Below are positions 1 to 12,075 of a stretch of 64,000 bases of DNA, piece by piece. Source of the stretch: Malacoraja senta. Its lineage: Eukaryota. The position numbers were made by a program, and so were the translations under genes. Where the stretch lies: NCBI GenBank assembly GCA_038087875.1, contig CM075988.1:12340001-12404000 (forward strand), written 5' to 3'. Position 1 is the stretch's first letter; each line of letters starts with the position of its first letter. The notes below the pieces were generated by a model. The model was given only the letters and a program-made list of their open reading frames with translations. It ran no database searches and was not told the DNA's origin.

Positions 1-699
1 GTTTCAACTAATATGAACATGTAGAGTGATAACTTCAACTTCATAAATTCTGCCAGGCTCATTGAGGCAAAGCCAGCACATGAAGTAACAAAATGGATAA
101 AATGAATCGGAGAATAGCTTTAGGAAGCTAAAGCAATGACACTCCCTAAGTATGCCACTTTTCAAATCTCTGCCTCCAAAATTTCAAATGTTATTCAGAT
201 TTGTAAGTACTGACATTTTTATCCTACAATCCAAATGTTGAAAGGTTTTGTGTTCCAGCATGTTACGAAGTCATTTGAACTTCTCATTGTACTTGTCAGA
301 GCCGTTGTTCATTTTCAGGCAATAGGGCTCGTTATATTTGGAGTTGTAACTTGGCTTTATGCATGTCCCCCCCCCCCCCCCCACCAGGTGTGCAAGAATA
401 TGCACCATGTTGTGTTGCTGTTGGATTTTTCCATTGTGTGCAAAATATTGCGCTCTGCATTACTGCTGCACCAGTAACAAAGCCATGTTGCTGCATGAGT
501 TTATGAATGTATTTGTAGGTAATGCTGCAGTCCATTGGAAGCATAGTGGGATAACACAGCAGCTTCACTGGTGTGAAGACTTACAGATGCAAAGGAAGAT
601 GTGGCAATTTGTCACATGCTCATTCACTCAAGATGTGAGTTTAAGGTTGTTAAAGTAATGGAGCAAATTGAAGGTCTTGCATGAAGAAATGTCAGCCAG

Positions 700-1055
700 T
701 CCCAAAGTGCTTTTAACCAATAAATAACTTCTCAGTGAGTTGTTCTCTGTTTTAGGGAATTGTTGCAGATGATTTTTGTACTGCATACTCTCTCAAATAT
801 TGGAATAAAAACCACTCAGCCTATTGGTTGAGAGGCACGTACTGACAACCACACAACAACCCTTTTCTAATCCAAATTGGTCAGTGAGACATTGTGTTCC
901 CTCTTCAAGGTTAAAGGTGCCTTGCTTTAACATTCTATCTGAGGGAGAGTAGCACCTCTGTGTATGCAACTCTCCAGTGAAGCGTTGGCCTCAATTATGC
1001 GCTCCATGCTGTGAAATGAAGCTTAAACTCCAATGACCTTGGAGTTGGCAAGAAA
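700..1055 (-). mobile_element. Ancient DeuSINE/SacSINE1-like SINE relic
   Basis: Blocks cccaaagtgcttttaaccaat, attggttgag, ccttgctttaacattctatctga and gcctcaattatgcgctc occur in the order expected for the reverse complement of a Deu-domain SINE; highly diverged. Confidence 0.55.
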
Positions 1056-1529
1056 GCTTTTGCAATATCAGTCCTGCCGATACAGTATGTGGAACCAGAC
1101 TGAGGAATCTAAACTGAGGTGATGTAGAACATAGACAATAGAAAGGTACAGCACAGGACCAGGGCCTTTGGCCCACAGTTAGCCTTTGGTGACATGGATG
1201 TAAAATTAGAATTGAGAGACTTTAGCAGGAAGGCAAGATATTTTTTTTATGTAGAGGCTACTGAGTGTTTATTAGAGTGTCTACTAAAGATGGCCAGGCA
1301 AAGGGAAGCTGCTATCTTTAGTGAAGTAGGGGATTGGGGGTCCTGGAATCCTAGAATGGAGACAGCAGGGAACAGCAGGTATGTGGATTTGTAGTAGAGA
1401 TCGAGTGTGTTGGGTAGTTTTTCAGTGTAATATCGTAGCAGGGACAATGTGGGTTTGGTGACTGATTTTTTTTTTTGTGAAAACTGCTGATGTGGGTGAT
1501 TTGAAATAAAAAGAGAAAATTCTGGGAGC

Positions 1530-1790
1530 ACTAATACTGGACCTTATTGTAACAATACTGCAGCTCATAGACCAATGGGTTAGAGTGGGAGTGGGTCAGA
1601 GAATTAAAGTCAAAGACAATGGGAAGCTCAAGGTGACACCCATGGATTGACTATGTATTCGACCAAGCAATCAGCCACTCTGTGTTTGTTTTTTTCAATG
1701 CAGAAAAGGTTGTGAGAGCAAAAACAAATGCAATGCCATCATTGTTCGAGTTATGTGGAAATAATGTGATATAATCCAGTACAAAAAGGG
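1530..1790 (-). mobile_element. Degraded Penelope-like element, GIY-YIG endonuclease region
   Basis: Minus-strand translation near 1650-1710 (LFCIEKNKHRVADCLVEYI) resembles the YIGETKRRLxDRFxEH motif of Penelope GIY-YIG domains. Confidence 0.5.
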
Positions 1791-2930
1791 CCCAACTATA
1801 CTGTATTCTGAAGTGGACTTTACTGCCCACAGTCATAACCAGGGTGTCCAATTTCTTCTGAAATTGCTTCTTCTAGATTAGGACTGCATACAATGTCTCT
1901 CTCAAAGGGCATATTACCCCTTCCAAAATTAAATTAGCTCTGCTCGTTTTAACATAGTAATGTTTTAATATCTTCCAGTGTGTGTGTTTTGTTATATTTT
2001 GTATATATTGTAGAATCTGTGCATTAATGAGCATAAAAAAAATGACTGAAAGGACTCAATGGGTCATGCAGCATCTATGGAGTTAAGGGCATGTGTGTAT
2101 TAATAAGACCCGGGCCACTAATTTGTTGGCATTTCCATAATAAGTGATTCGGTTTCAGCTTCAGACTGACAAAAGGCAAAATTGATATTTATGAAAGAAA
2201 ATTCCAACAAAACAACTTGCATTTTTTCAGTGCAACGTCAGCATTATATTGATCTTCAGAAAGGCACAAGGAAATTTGATGCTGAACCAAAGAGCATCGT
2301 GTCACAGGAGATAACCAAAACCTTGCAGAAAGACAAGAGGGTCAAATATTTTCCTCGATCTCAGTGTGCTGAACAGACGCTTTAGCAATGTTTGATTGGT
2401 GAAGACAGTTGCAGTCAGTGAAGACAAATTTTGGAAGTGTGATGCACATATGCCTCTGTGTCGCACATCCAGATATTGCAACTGGAAACAGATTTCTATC
2501 CCCCACATTTTCAGAGGGAGTTTCGGAAGAGCAAATAGAGGTTGGGACGTGAATGGGATATTGTGGGGTGTGGGGGGGGGGGGGGGGGCTGGGGGGAGAG
2601 GGGGGTAGTGGGGTGGGGTTAGGGGATGGTTAAGTAATGAAATCCTAATAAAGCAGCAGGAATAAGCAGCAATGTTGTGAAGGATCAAGGGGACAAACAA
2701 GAAAGGATTCAGAAGTGATGGCAACAAAGCAAATGGCAGCACTTTGTAATTTTATAAAACTTTAGACCGCATTTGGAGTAGCGTGCACAGTAAAGAATTT
2801 TAAAGTACCAAAGTTTGACAAACAAAGTTTTTCACTGTACCTTGGTACACGTGGCAATAGTAACTCTGAACCTAAACCTCAACTAAATGAGGGCTGAAGG
2901 ATGCGGTTGATTTAAAGGGAAGGATGAATG

Positions 2931-3142
2931 GAAACAAGGAACTTCAGATGCTGGTTTATGCCAAAGATAGACACAGGGTGCTGGAGAACTCAGCGGGTCA
3001 GGCAGCACCTGTGGACAAAAAAGATGGGTGACGTTTCAGGGTCGGTACCCTTTTTCGACCCCGGCTCAAAATGTCACCCATCCTTTGTCTCCAGAGATGC
3101 TGCCTGATCCTCTGAGTTACTCCAGCACTGTGTTTATCTTTT
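2931..3142. mobile_element. Penelope-derived palindromic (inverted-arm) element
   Basis: Arms gctggagaactcagcgggtcaggcagca and tgctgcctgatcctctgagttactccagc are reverse complements; the arms match the 3' end of the Penelope fragment at 6771-7223. Confidence 0.75.
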
Positions 3143-3564
3143 GATGAGTGTGAAACTCGAGTGGGACAAGGCCCAGTCCAGAATAAGCAAACATTTATAT
3201 TGACTTTGTAATAAAGTCTGGAATTGACAAACACCTAAGGGATAAAACAAAGCCTGGATTTTCTGAAGTGAACTGTACTGCCCACAATTAGAACCAGTAT
3301 GTCTGAGCCCCCCTGATTTTTCCTTCTCTGGCATTAGAACGCTAATCCCAGTATCCCTCATGATCATGGAGTTATGTGGAATCTTTGAGTGGCAACATTG
3401 CTTGCAACAACATCATGAGGTGATGACATGGGTTGGCCAGAGAAGACCCCTCTCAATGCACTCAAATGGTCTCCTCAAGTATATATATAAAACTAAAAGT
3501 GGACCCAGTCAAGGCCTATCAGAATCCAAGGACAAAACAAGACACCCATCACTCTCTGTGTAAA

Positions 3565-4165
3565 AAAAAACATGTCCCACACCTACCCTTTAAACATTCC
3601 CCCTCTGACCTTAAAACTATGCCCAGTAGTCTTTAATATTTCCACCCTCAGAAATAATCTTCTGACCGGCTACACTATCGATGTCTCTTGTAATTTTCGA
3701 TACTTCTATCAGGTCTCTCCTCAATCTCCATTGCTCCAGAGAAAACAATCCAAGTTTATCCAACATCTTCTTACAGTCAACATCCTCAAATCCAGGCAGA
3801 ATCCTAGTCACTCTCTTTCACATCCCCTCCAAAGCCTCCACCCCCCTTCCTGCAATGGGGCAACCAGAACTGCGTGATACTCCAAATGCACCCTAATCAA
3901 TGTTTTACAAAGCTGCAACATGAATTCCTAACTCTTTTACTCAATGTCCCATCCGATGAAGGCAAGCATACCCCATCTCTTCTATATCACTCTATATTCT
4001 TGTGTTACCACTTTCAAGAACCATGGATTGAGACCTCATGAACATTCTGTACCTCATGCTGTTTAAGATCTTGCCATTAATTGTATACTTACTGTAAAGT
4101 ATACAGTTGCACTTGCATTCAACCTGCAAAGTGCAATACCTCACACTTGCTAGTTCACCCAGCAG
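3565..4165 (-). mobile_element. CR1 LINE fragment (ORF2 C-terminus)
   Basis: ORF 3617-3811 encodes TRILPGFE...LDKLGLFSLEQWRLRRDLIEVSKI, typical of the CR1 ORF2 C-terminus. Confidence 0.9.
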
Positions 4166-5039
4166 GTTCAGCAAGAGTTCCTAAAATGTTCTGACACGTA
4201 ATCTGAGAAATGCTCTACGCTTCATAGGGAACTGTGGGCATAATCCAGACCTAACAAAAGCAGTGTGGCTGTGACTTCTGGATAGAGATATGACGTGAAA
4301 ATCTTGGAAGATTTTTAAAGAAACGTCAAGTAGATGCAACTAGGAGGCAGGGAACAGTCAAAATAACACGTCATGAATGGAATACCATCAAGTAAGTATG
4401 GATTTTCCCTCTCTCTCAGATTACTTGAACCAGTGAGATTAACCTTCCAAATGCAGAGAAGGTAAACTCATTAAGAGTGGAGAACACTGGCAGAGATTGG
4501 AGGCAGGAAATCCTCTCAAAGCCCATTTAATTTTTTATTGTTTCAGAAGCAGTCCTGGTATTCTTTAAAAGGGGTAAATCATATATTAGTGGCCTCACAC
4601 AAATGAACAACAAGCCATATGGGGATTTGAAATCTTCATTATTAAAATTGATTTTTGTAAAGAGATTCCATTGCCAAGATTCTCTCTTTAAGAACGGTAA
4701 ATTAATAATAGGATAGTTATGATAAAAATACATTAATTGTACATACTCATTTATTAAAGTTCCCTGCAAGCATTGTCTTTGCTTCCAAAGGTACGCATGA
4801 AGCGGTAAATGACTCCTGCTGATTGAACTTTGAAGCTGCAGGCCGCAGTACTTAATCAAAATGCACCAGCTGTTGATTGTCAGAAGTACTATTGACAGAT
4901 TACAGTTATCGCTACTGCACATTTTATGCACTGAAGATTTAATTTTGTCATGTTTGAAAGATTGATCATTTTTTGCTATCAATGCTACTCATAACTGCAA
5001 CAGTAGAATGGTTATGCAGCACAATGATCATATTTTTTT

Positions 5040-5390
5040 AGTTTAGTTTATTGTCACATGTACCGAGGTATCGTGAAAAGCTTCTGTTGCATGCTAACCA
5101 GTCAGCAGAAACACAATACATGATTACAATCGTGCCTTCCACGGTGCACAGATGCACGTTGAATAATGTTTAGTGCAAGATAACATCCAGTAAAGATAGA
5201 GCGAGGGTCTCCAGGGAGGTAGATAGTAGCTCAGGACCATTCTCTAGTTGTTGATAGGATTGTTCAGTTGTCTGGTAACAGCTGGGAAGAAACTTTCCCT
5301 GAATCTGGAGGTGTGCGTTTTCACACCTTGGTACCTCTTGCCTGATGGGAGAGGGGGGAAGAGGGGAGTGACCAGGGTGAGACTCGTGTA
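5040..5390 (-). mobile_element. Rex1/Babar-like LINE 3' end
   Basis: Minus strand encodes PLPSGKRYQGVKTHTSRFRESFFPAV, followed by a 3' UTR ending gacaataaactaaac. Confidence 0.75.
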
Positions 5391-5840
5391 TGATATTGTG
5401 TATGATAATCAATCATCTTTTACTGAATCAAAAACTCAGATTCTATATTATGATGAATGCTCATAATGTAGCTGCTGCCTGTGAATTGCAAGCCAACTTG
5501 TATTGCTTCCAAATGGTGGGGGGAAATCCACGACGGTAATTTATTAAGGAAAAATATTTCATTGTAGCAATTTCTAACACCCAGTTTGACTCCAGGGGAA
5601 ACATAACACCCATTTAGCACAGCAAAAATGTGTGAAATCCAATTTCTTGGCATGGTCCTTATCTCTACTTATAAACTTTAGATGTTCATGGAAACTACTT
5701 TCGCCCGTCATGCTTATATTTATTCAGAAGCACTAAAACGGTCACAATATTGGCATTTCAATGGAAGCAAACATGCAATGTTATAAACTATTGGTTCATT
5801 CCACATTGTCATGATGTAGCATCCATTATAACATGCACAT

Positions 5841-6082
5841 TATCTGTATGGAGATTGTACCTTCTCCCTTGACCTTGGGTGTTTTCTCCAGGTGCTTCGG
5901 TTTCTTCCCACATTCCAAAGACGTGCAGGTTTATAGGTTAATTGGCTACTGTAAATTCACCCTAGTGTGTAGGATAGTACGTTGGGGGGGGGGGGGGTGG
6001 GGTGGGGGTTTGCTGGTTGGTGCAGACTTGGTGGCCGAAGGGCCTGTTTCCCACGCTGTATCTCTAAAACTAAAAACTAAAC
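5841..6082 (+). mobile_element. V-SINE (HE1-like), 5' truncated
   Basis: V-domain ttctccaggtgcttcggtttcttcccacattccaaagac and CR1-like tail gccgaagggcctgtttcc...ctaaaactaaa. Confidence 0.85.
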
Positions 6083-6770
6083 TATCCCACTTTGAAATCC
6101 CGACCTTTGCAATTAAATCCCGTTCTACGAAAGCCCCGTGGAAACAGCTCATCTATCAATTGGGTTCTTTAGATTCATCATGACCACTGCCTCATTTCTT
6201 CAGACTGCAGTTGTTGGTAATAATTTTCCATCTGATATTTATTATTTTTCCATCCTTCCTATCAAAGATATTCCCTGTGGTACCCCATCATCCACCAACC
6301 TGCTCTCCACATGTTTCCTAGTATCTATCACCTCCACTCCTCTCTACACGTGATGAAAGACAATTGGCATGATTCTTTCTATAATTTCTGCCCGACCAAC
6401 CAACTGTTTGTATTATTGTTTAAACTTTCCAGCATGAAAATAGAATTGAACAAAGTGTTTTTTTTAATGCTGTATGGTAACTTCTGTGATACCTAAGTAT
6501 GCTTCAGCTGGATCAGAAATCCTTGAATTACTGCCATTAAAATGTTAAGTCCCATTTAATAACCACTTATCCATTCTCCTGGTCTCATAGCCATACAAGT
6601 ACTACCTGTATTCAAACATGAATGGGTTTTCATGATGGATTATTTTGAAACACCGATGCCTGTCCCAAATAAGGGCTTCCCCAAAGCTAAGTGCCAGAAG
6701 TAACTGCTGAGATAGAAGTGCAGTCTTTGTATTTGTCTTTTGTTGATGTCAACTGCTGCAAGAAGGTGAC

Positions 6771-7223
6771 TTGGGTAGCTTCCAACCTAAGAATATGAAC
6801 ATTGAGTTCTCTAATTTTAGGCAACTAACCTACAAACAATCCTTCCTACCTCCGCCCACCCCATTTCCTTGTGCCCCATTAGAAATCTCGCCGCCACCCC
6901 CCCCCCCCCACCCCCACCATTCACCTGTATTCCATCCAGTGGCTTCACAATGCATCTTCTATCCATATCTCACACTTGTTTTTTCACCTCTGGTCTTTGT
7001 CCAATCATCTGCTTATCAACTACCCCCCTTCCCCTCACATGTACCCACCTATCACCCTCCAAGCTTTGTCTTGCTACCCCTCGCTTCCAGATTTGATGCA
7101 AAAATCAGTCCTGACCCAAAATGTCACCTATCCACATAGTCCAGAGATCCTGCCTGACCCATTGAGTTACTCCAGAACTGCGTGTCTTTTTTCGTAAACC
7201 AGCATCTGCAGTTCCTTGTATCT
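6771..7223 (+). mobile_element. Penelope-like element 3' end (ORF C-terminus plus 3' UTR)
   Basis: Encodes LGSFQPKNMNIEFSNFR, resembling the LGxLQPxGMNIEF end of Penelope GIY-YIG ORFs. It is followed by a C-rich UTR and the terminal arm tgcctgacccattgagttactccag...agcatctgcagttcctt. Confidence 0.8.
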
Positions 7224-7766
7224 AGACTCACATGGTTACCACTCACAGCTTCGGGGCTTTGCATGACACGATATCATGCAGTGGGGAGAGGTGCAGACTG
7301 TGCATGCTCATTAGACAGCTGATACAAACTTTAAAACAGATTATAAAAGGACGATAATGTTGCCAGTTCTTAAACTGTCAAGGATGCTAAATAATCCAAA
7401 TGGCCCCAATGTGCAATTGAATGATCTTGATAAAACACGAGTGAATCTCTTTACCCTCTGTTGTGGAAATACTCAAACAATCTCCTCTGATGCTGCACTT
7501 CCCTTAAATACATCTCAAGCAAATTCTATATGCAAGCCATGTTACACAAAAAATAAAGTTCTAGTTGTTTTAGGAAGGAGTTAATATTGAAGCAATTGTA
7601 TTTTGATAAAGTTCTCAATCAATTCAACAATGGTGAAAGTGAAGCTTAGCCCTGTCAGGTATTGCCTGGTTGGTAGCACTCTTATCTCCAGATACAATGT
7701 CAAATCGCATTTCATTGACGAGCACAAACATCTAAGTCAGCACCCCAGTGCACTGGGAGAGTACGG

Positions 7767-8392
7767 CAGATGCTGGTTTACAAAAAAACACACAAAGTGC
7801 TGGGGTAACTCAGCGGGTCAGGCTGCATCTCTGGAGGACATGGATCGGTGACATTTCATGTTGAGAAACTTCTTTGGACTAATTGTGGTAGGGTAAAGGA
7901 GGCTTGTACCTTGTACCTTCAACCTTCCGAAGAGTCCACCAGGGACTATACTGGAAGTTGGACAATTTCATACTGGACAATTAAAAAAAAACGTTTACAT
8001 TTACATTTATCAAGCCAATTAACCTACAAACCTGTACGTCTTTGGAATGTGGGAGGAAACCGAAGATCTCGGAGAAAACCTACAAAGGTCACGGGGAGAA
8101 CGTACAAACTCCGTACAGACAGTGCCCGCAGTCAGGATTGAACCCGGGTCACCGGTGCTGCATTTTGCTGTAAGGCAGCAACTCTACCACTGCCCCACCG
8201 TGACTGCTGGAAGAGAGATTGTGGTGGGAGGGGGGAAGAAAGCTAGAAGAGAGACTTCCAGTCTTCTCTCCCCAACCCCCCACTGCCCTCACATCACAAT
8301 CAGCTTGAAGAAGGTTCCCGACCCGAAATGTCACCTATCCATGTCCTAGAGAGATACTGCCTGACCCGTTCAGTTACTCCAGCACTTTGTGT
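7767..8392. mobile_element. Penelope-derived palindromic element containing a V-SINE
   Basis: Inverted arms cacaaagtgctggggtaactcagcgggtcagg and cctgacccgttcagttactccagcactttgtg. Confidence 0.8.
8000..8202 (-). mobile_element. V-SINE (HE1-like)
   Basis: Reverse-complement V-domain (gtgggaggaaaccgaagatctcggagaaaacc) and tRNA-like head. Confidence 0.85.
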
Positions 8393-8962
8393 CAATTAAT
8401 TTGAATCCCTATCTGCTCTCTGAGGGGTATTTAAAATCTCCTGTGGCTGTTTTGTAAAGACGAGTTTGGAAGTTATATACAATGTCTTGGCCTCGGTTTA
8501 TGGCCCATCCACCATAACTATAACAGATTACATTGCCATATTGTGGTTTGTGCATGTATTTCACAATTGATTGTCATATTTCCTACATTATGGCACTGAT
8601 GCAATTCAGGGTTTCATTAGTTGAAGGGTGCCGAGGGACATTTTGAAAACAAAGGGAAAGGTCCTTCGTAAATTGACGTCTTTTATTTTTCAAGGACGTT
8701 AATGAGGCAAGTACGTTAGTTCTTGAACAGCAGAACTTGACAGCCAGTGCATCTGCTATCACATGATTAGAAATTATGTACCAAACTCTTTCATTAGTTC
8801 AAGGATTGATAGCTAACTGCTTTTAGAGAAACACTAATCACCTTATCCACAGAACAGTGGTGACTTAACTCGGTGTGTGCCATATTTCACTCCGTATCCA
8901 GATTTAGTTGTTGCTGCATGTTATATTTTGATGGTTGAAATTTATGTCTTGTGATTAAAGCC

Positions 8963-9564
8963 ATTTTGACACCTAATGAACAAAGCCTTGCAACCAACAA
9001 ATAAAATATTGTGAAATTATGAAGTATGGTTTATAAAACTATCCTATGTACTTAGATATTTCAATTTTCTAGTATATTAGTGCTCTATTTTCTGCACTCA
9101 TCAGGCACGAGTCAAGTAAATATTCCTATGTAAGATTTGTTTTAATTGTAAGCTAAATATATAAGACCAGAGGCATCTGGGTGGCATGGTGACACAGAGT
9201 TGCTGCCTTACAGCGCTTACAGCGCCAGAGACCCGAGTTCGATCCTGGCTATGGGTGTTTGTCTGTACAGAGTTAGTCGGTTCTCCCCATGACCAGCGTG
9301 GGTTTTCTCCGAGAACTTCGGTTTCCTCCCACACTCCAAAAGATGTACTGGTTTGTATGTTAATTGGCTTGGTATAATTGTAAATTGTCCTTAGTGTAGG
9401 ATCGTGTTAATGTGCGGGGATCGCTGGTCGGTGTGAACTCGGTAGGCCGAAGGGCCTGTTTCCACGCTGTATCTTTAAGCTAAACTAAACTAATAAAACC
9501 AAACTGAACCAGAGAAGTTATGCAGAAATCCTGTGCGATGTCAACCACTGCAGGTGGTGGAATC
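8963..9564 (+). repeat. Arm 1 of a 602-bp inverted duplication
   Basis: Colinear reverse complement of 11131-11732, including non-SINE sequence on both sides of the SINE. Confidence 0.95.
9179..9500 (+). mobile_element. Near full-length V-SINE (HE1-like)
   Basis: tRNA-like head with B box (gagttcgatcc), V-domain and CR1-like tail ending (taaac)n. Confidence 0.9.
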
Positions 9565-10949
9565 TTGAGCAAGAAACAAACGGTTGGAGGAACTCAGCAG
9601 GCCAGGCAGCATCTGTGGAGAGAAGAGGAGAGATGAGATCATTCTGCAGAAGGGTCCCGACTCAAAAGGTCATCTGTCCACCAGAGTTCTACTTACTGGA
9701 TTTTCTTTTTGGAGAAGCTAGGCTTGTTTTCTTAGTGATGGAATAGGATGAGGGAAAACTTCATTGAATTTGTAAATAAATGTATAAATGTAAAATAAGA
9801 AGAATGTATTTCCTTAGTGGTGACATCGAAAATCAAGGGGCATGGATGTAAAGTAATAGAGAGAAGGATGAATAGATAGTATTAGATTAAATAATAGGTA
9901 GAAGCATTAGAAGGGAAATTAGAAAAAGTGTATTTTCAATAAGGCAGTGTTGGGTGTCTGAAATTCAACAGCCAACCTGCTGCTATAGGAATAAAGTAAA
10001 GCAGAAAGTCCTGGAGTAACTCACGGGTCAGGCAGCATCTGTGGAAATAAAGGATAAGTGATATTTCTGGTTGGAACCCTTCAGACAGACCAATTGTCAT
10101 AGGGGGAGAACATTGGAAAAGAGTTGGGCGTGGGACAAAGCCCAGCAATTGATAGGTGGGTGTAGGTGAGGGGGGTTTGATGCATAAATGTTGTTTGTAA
10201 GAATGAAGTACATGAATGCCCTTTTGAAAAAAACTGTGATCCACAATGTTCTGAACCTCTTGCAGGAAGATGGGATTAAGTTGGTTAACTCTTTTCAACC
10301 CATATGGACAGGATGGGCCAAATAACTGCCTTTTGTATCGTAGTTTTTCCAACGTACGTGTCTATGGTTCATAAAGTCTTGTATTGGAATATGTTTTATG
10401 GGGAAGCCTTAAAATTGTAATTGCTGACTCTGAACAAATCTTATGTAGTGAACTTTTCATTCAAATGCAGATCTCCCACGACAGTACATCCTGTCAAATA
10501 AAACCAGCTTGTATTCAAGTTGCATTTAAAATATTGTAAATACACCCTTATTGACAGTGGGTGTATCATTGAAAAACCTGTATCCAACTATTGCTTCGAG
10601 CTCTTGTGCAGCCCCTCCTTCCACCACATGATTATGGCTCATTCCCCTCTACTCTTTTAATCTAGATGAAGTGTCTCGACCTGAAACGTCAACTGTTCAT
10701 TTCTCTATATTAATGCTGCCTGACACTCAGAGTTCCTCCAGCAGCTTTCGTTTTTATTGAAACAATGTCTACAATTGACTCTCACGTAATAATAAGTATT
10801 GGAAGTTGTACGTCACAGGAAGAAAGCGCTTGAACCAACATATCGGTTCAATCATCCCACTACCCTCTCGTTTTACATAGCATTGAAAAATATCTTTATT
10901 CTAAAATGGCATCCAATTCTCTTTTAAAAGTTGCCTTTCGATGTATCAG

Positions 10950-11865
10950 ATCAGTTTCAGTTTAGTTTATTGCCACGTGCACCGAAGTGCAGTGAAAAGC
11001 TCTTTGTTGCGTGCTAACCAGTCAGCAGAAAGAAAATACATGTTTACAATCAATCCATATACAGTGTATAGATACATGATAAGGGAATTATGTTTAGTGC
11101 ACGGTAAAGCCAGCAAAGTCCAGTCCGAGGGATTCCACCACCTGCAGTGGTTGACATCACTCAGAATTTCTGCATAACTTCTCTGGTTCAGTTTGGTTTT
11201 ATTAGTTTAGTTTAGCTTAAAGATACAGCGTGGAAACAGGCCCTTCGGCCTACCGAGTTCACACCGACCAGCGATCCCCGCACATTAACACGATCCTACA
11301 CTAAGGACAATTTACAATGATACCAAGCCAATTAACCTACAAACCTGTACATCTTTTGGAGCGTGGGAGAAAACCGAAGTTCTCGGAGAAAACCCACGCT
11401 GGTCATGGGGAGAACCGACTAACTCTGTACAGACAAACACCCATAGCCAGGATCGAACTCGGGTCTCTGGCGCTGAAAGCGCTGTAAGGCAGCAACTCTG
11501 TGTCACCATGCCACCCAGGTGCCTCTGGTCTTATATATTTAGCTTACAATTGAAACAAATCTTACATAGTAAGATTTACTTGACTCATGCCTAATGAGCG
11601 CAGAAAATAGAGCACTAATATACTAGAAAATTGAAATATCTAAGTACATAGGATAGTTTTATAAACCATACTTCTTAATTTCACAATATTTTATTTGTTG
11701 GTTGCAAGGCTTTCTTCATTAGGTGTCAAAATTGTCAGCCTCAAAACATGAGTAGTTGTAAATTTGGAACATTTTGACAAAGGATAGTCCGAGGGACATC
11801 AAAGAGATAGATAGTAGGTCAGCACTGGTCTCTGGTTGTGATAGGATGATCCAGTTGCCATGATG
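10950..11865 (-). mobile_element. Rex1/Babar-like LINE 3' end interrupted by the inverted duplication
   Basis: Pieces 10950-11132 and about 11779-11865 are colinear with the uninterrupted paralogue at 5040-5280. Confidence 0.75.
11131..11732 (-). repeat. Arm 2 of a 602-bp inverted duplication (contains V-SINE at about 11195-11516)
   Basis: Reverse complement of 8963-9564; about 18 substitutions and no indels by hand count. Confidence 0.95.
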
Positions 11866-12075
11866 GTCAAATCATGCTAACCAAAGTCATTAATCACTCA
11901 CTATGTGAACAAATAGTCCTCAACTTCCTCACAATCCCTGCATGTATTTGTTGTCTGAAGAGGAAGGCTTCTCAAATCATGCAAGTACTGGTTAATTGGT
12001 GCACTCGTAGAAATATCCCGTTGCACAGTATGATGTTTTCAAGACAGAAGAACAGATAGAGCTTTGGGCTGGAGC

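Larger units (their letters stand above)
7665..8650 (+). mobile_element. DeuSINE/SacSINE1-like relic split by younger insertions
   Basis: The head (ttggtagcactcttatctcc...ccccagtgcactgggagagt) at about 7665-7765 resumes at about 8400 (ccctatctgctctc...tttcctacatta). Confidence 0.55.

Noticed and set aside
4527..4982. 151-aa minus-strand ORF
   Set aside because: Non-ATG start, composition typical of AT-rich non-coding DNA and no recognisable domain.
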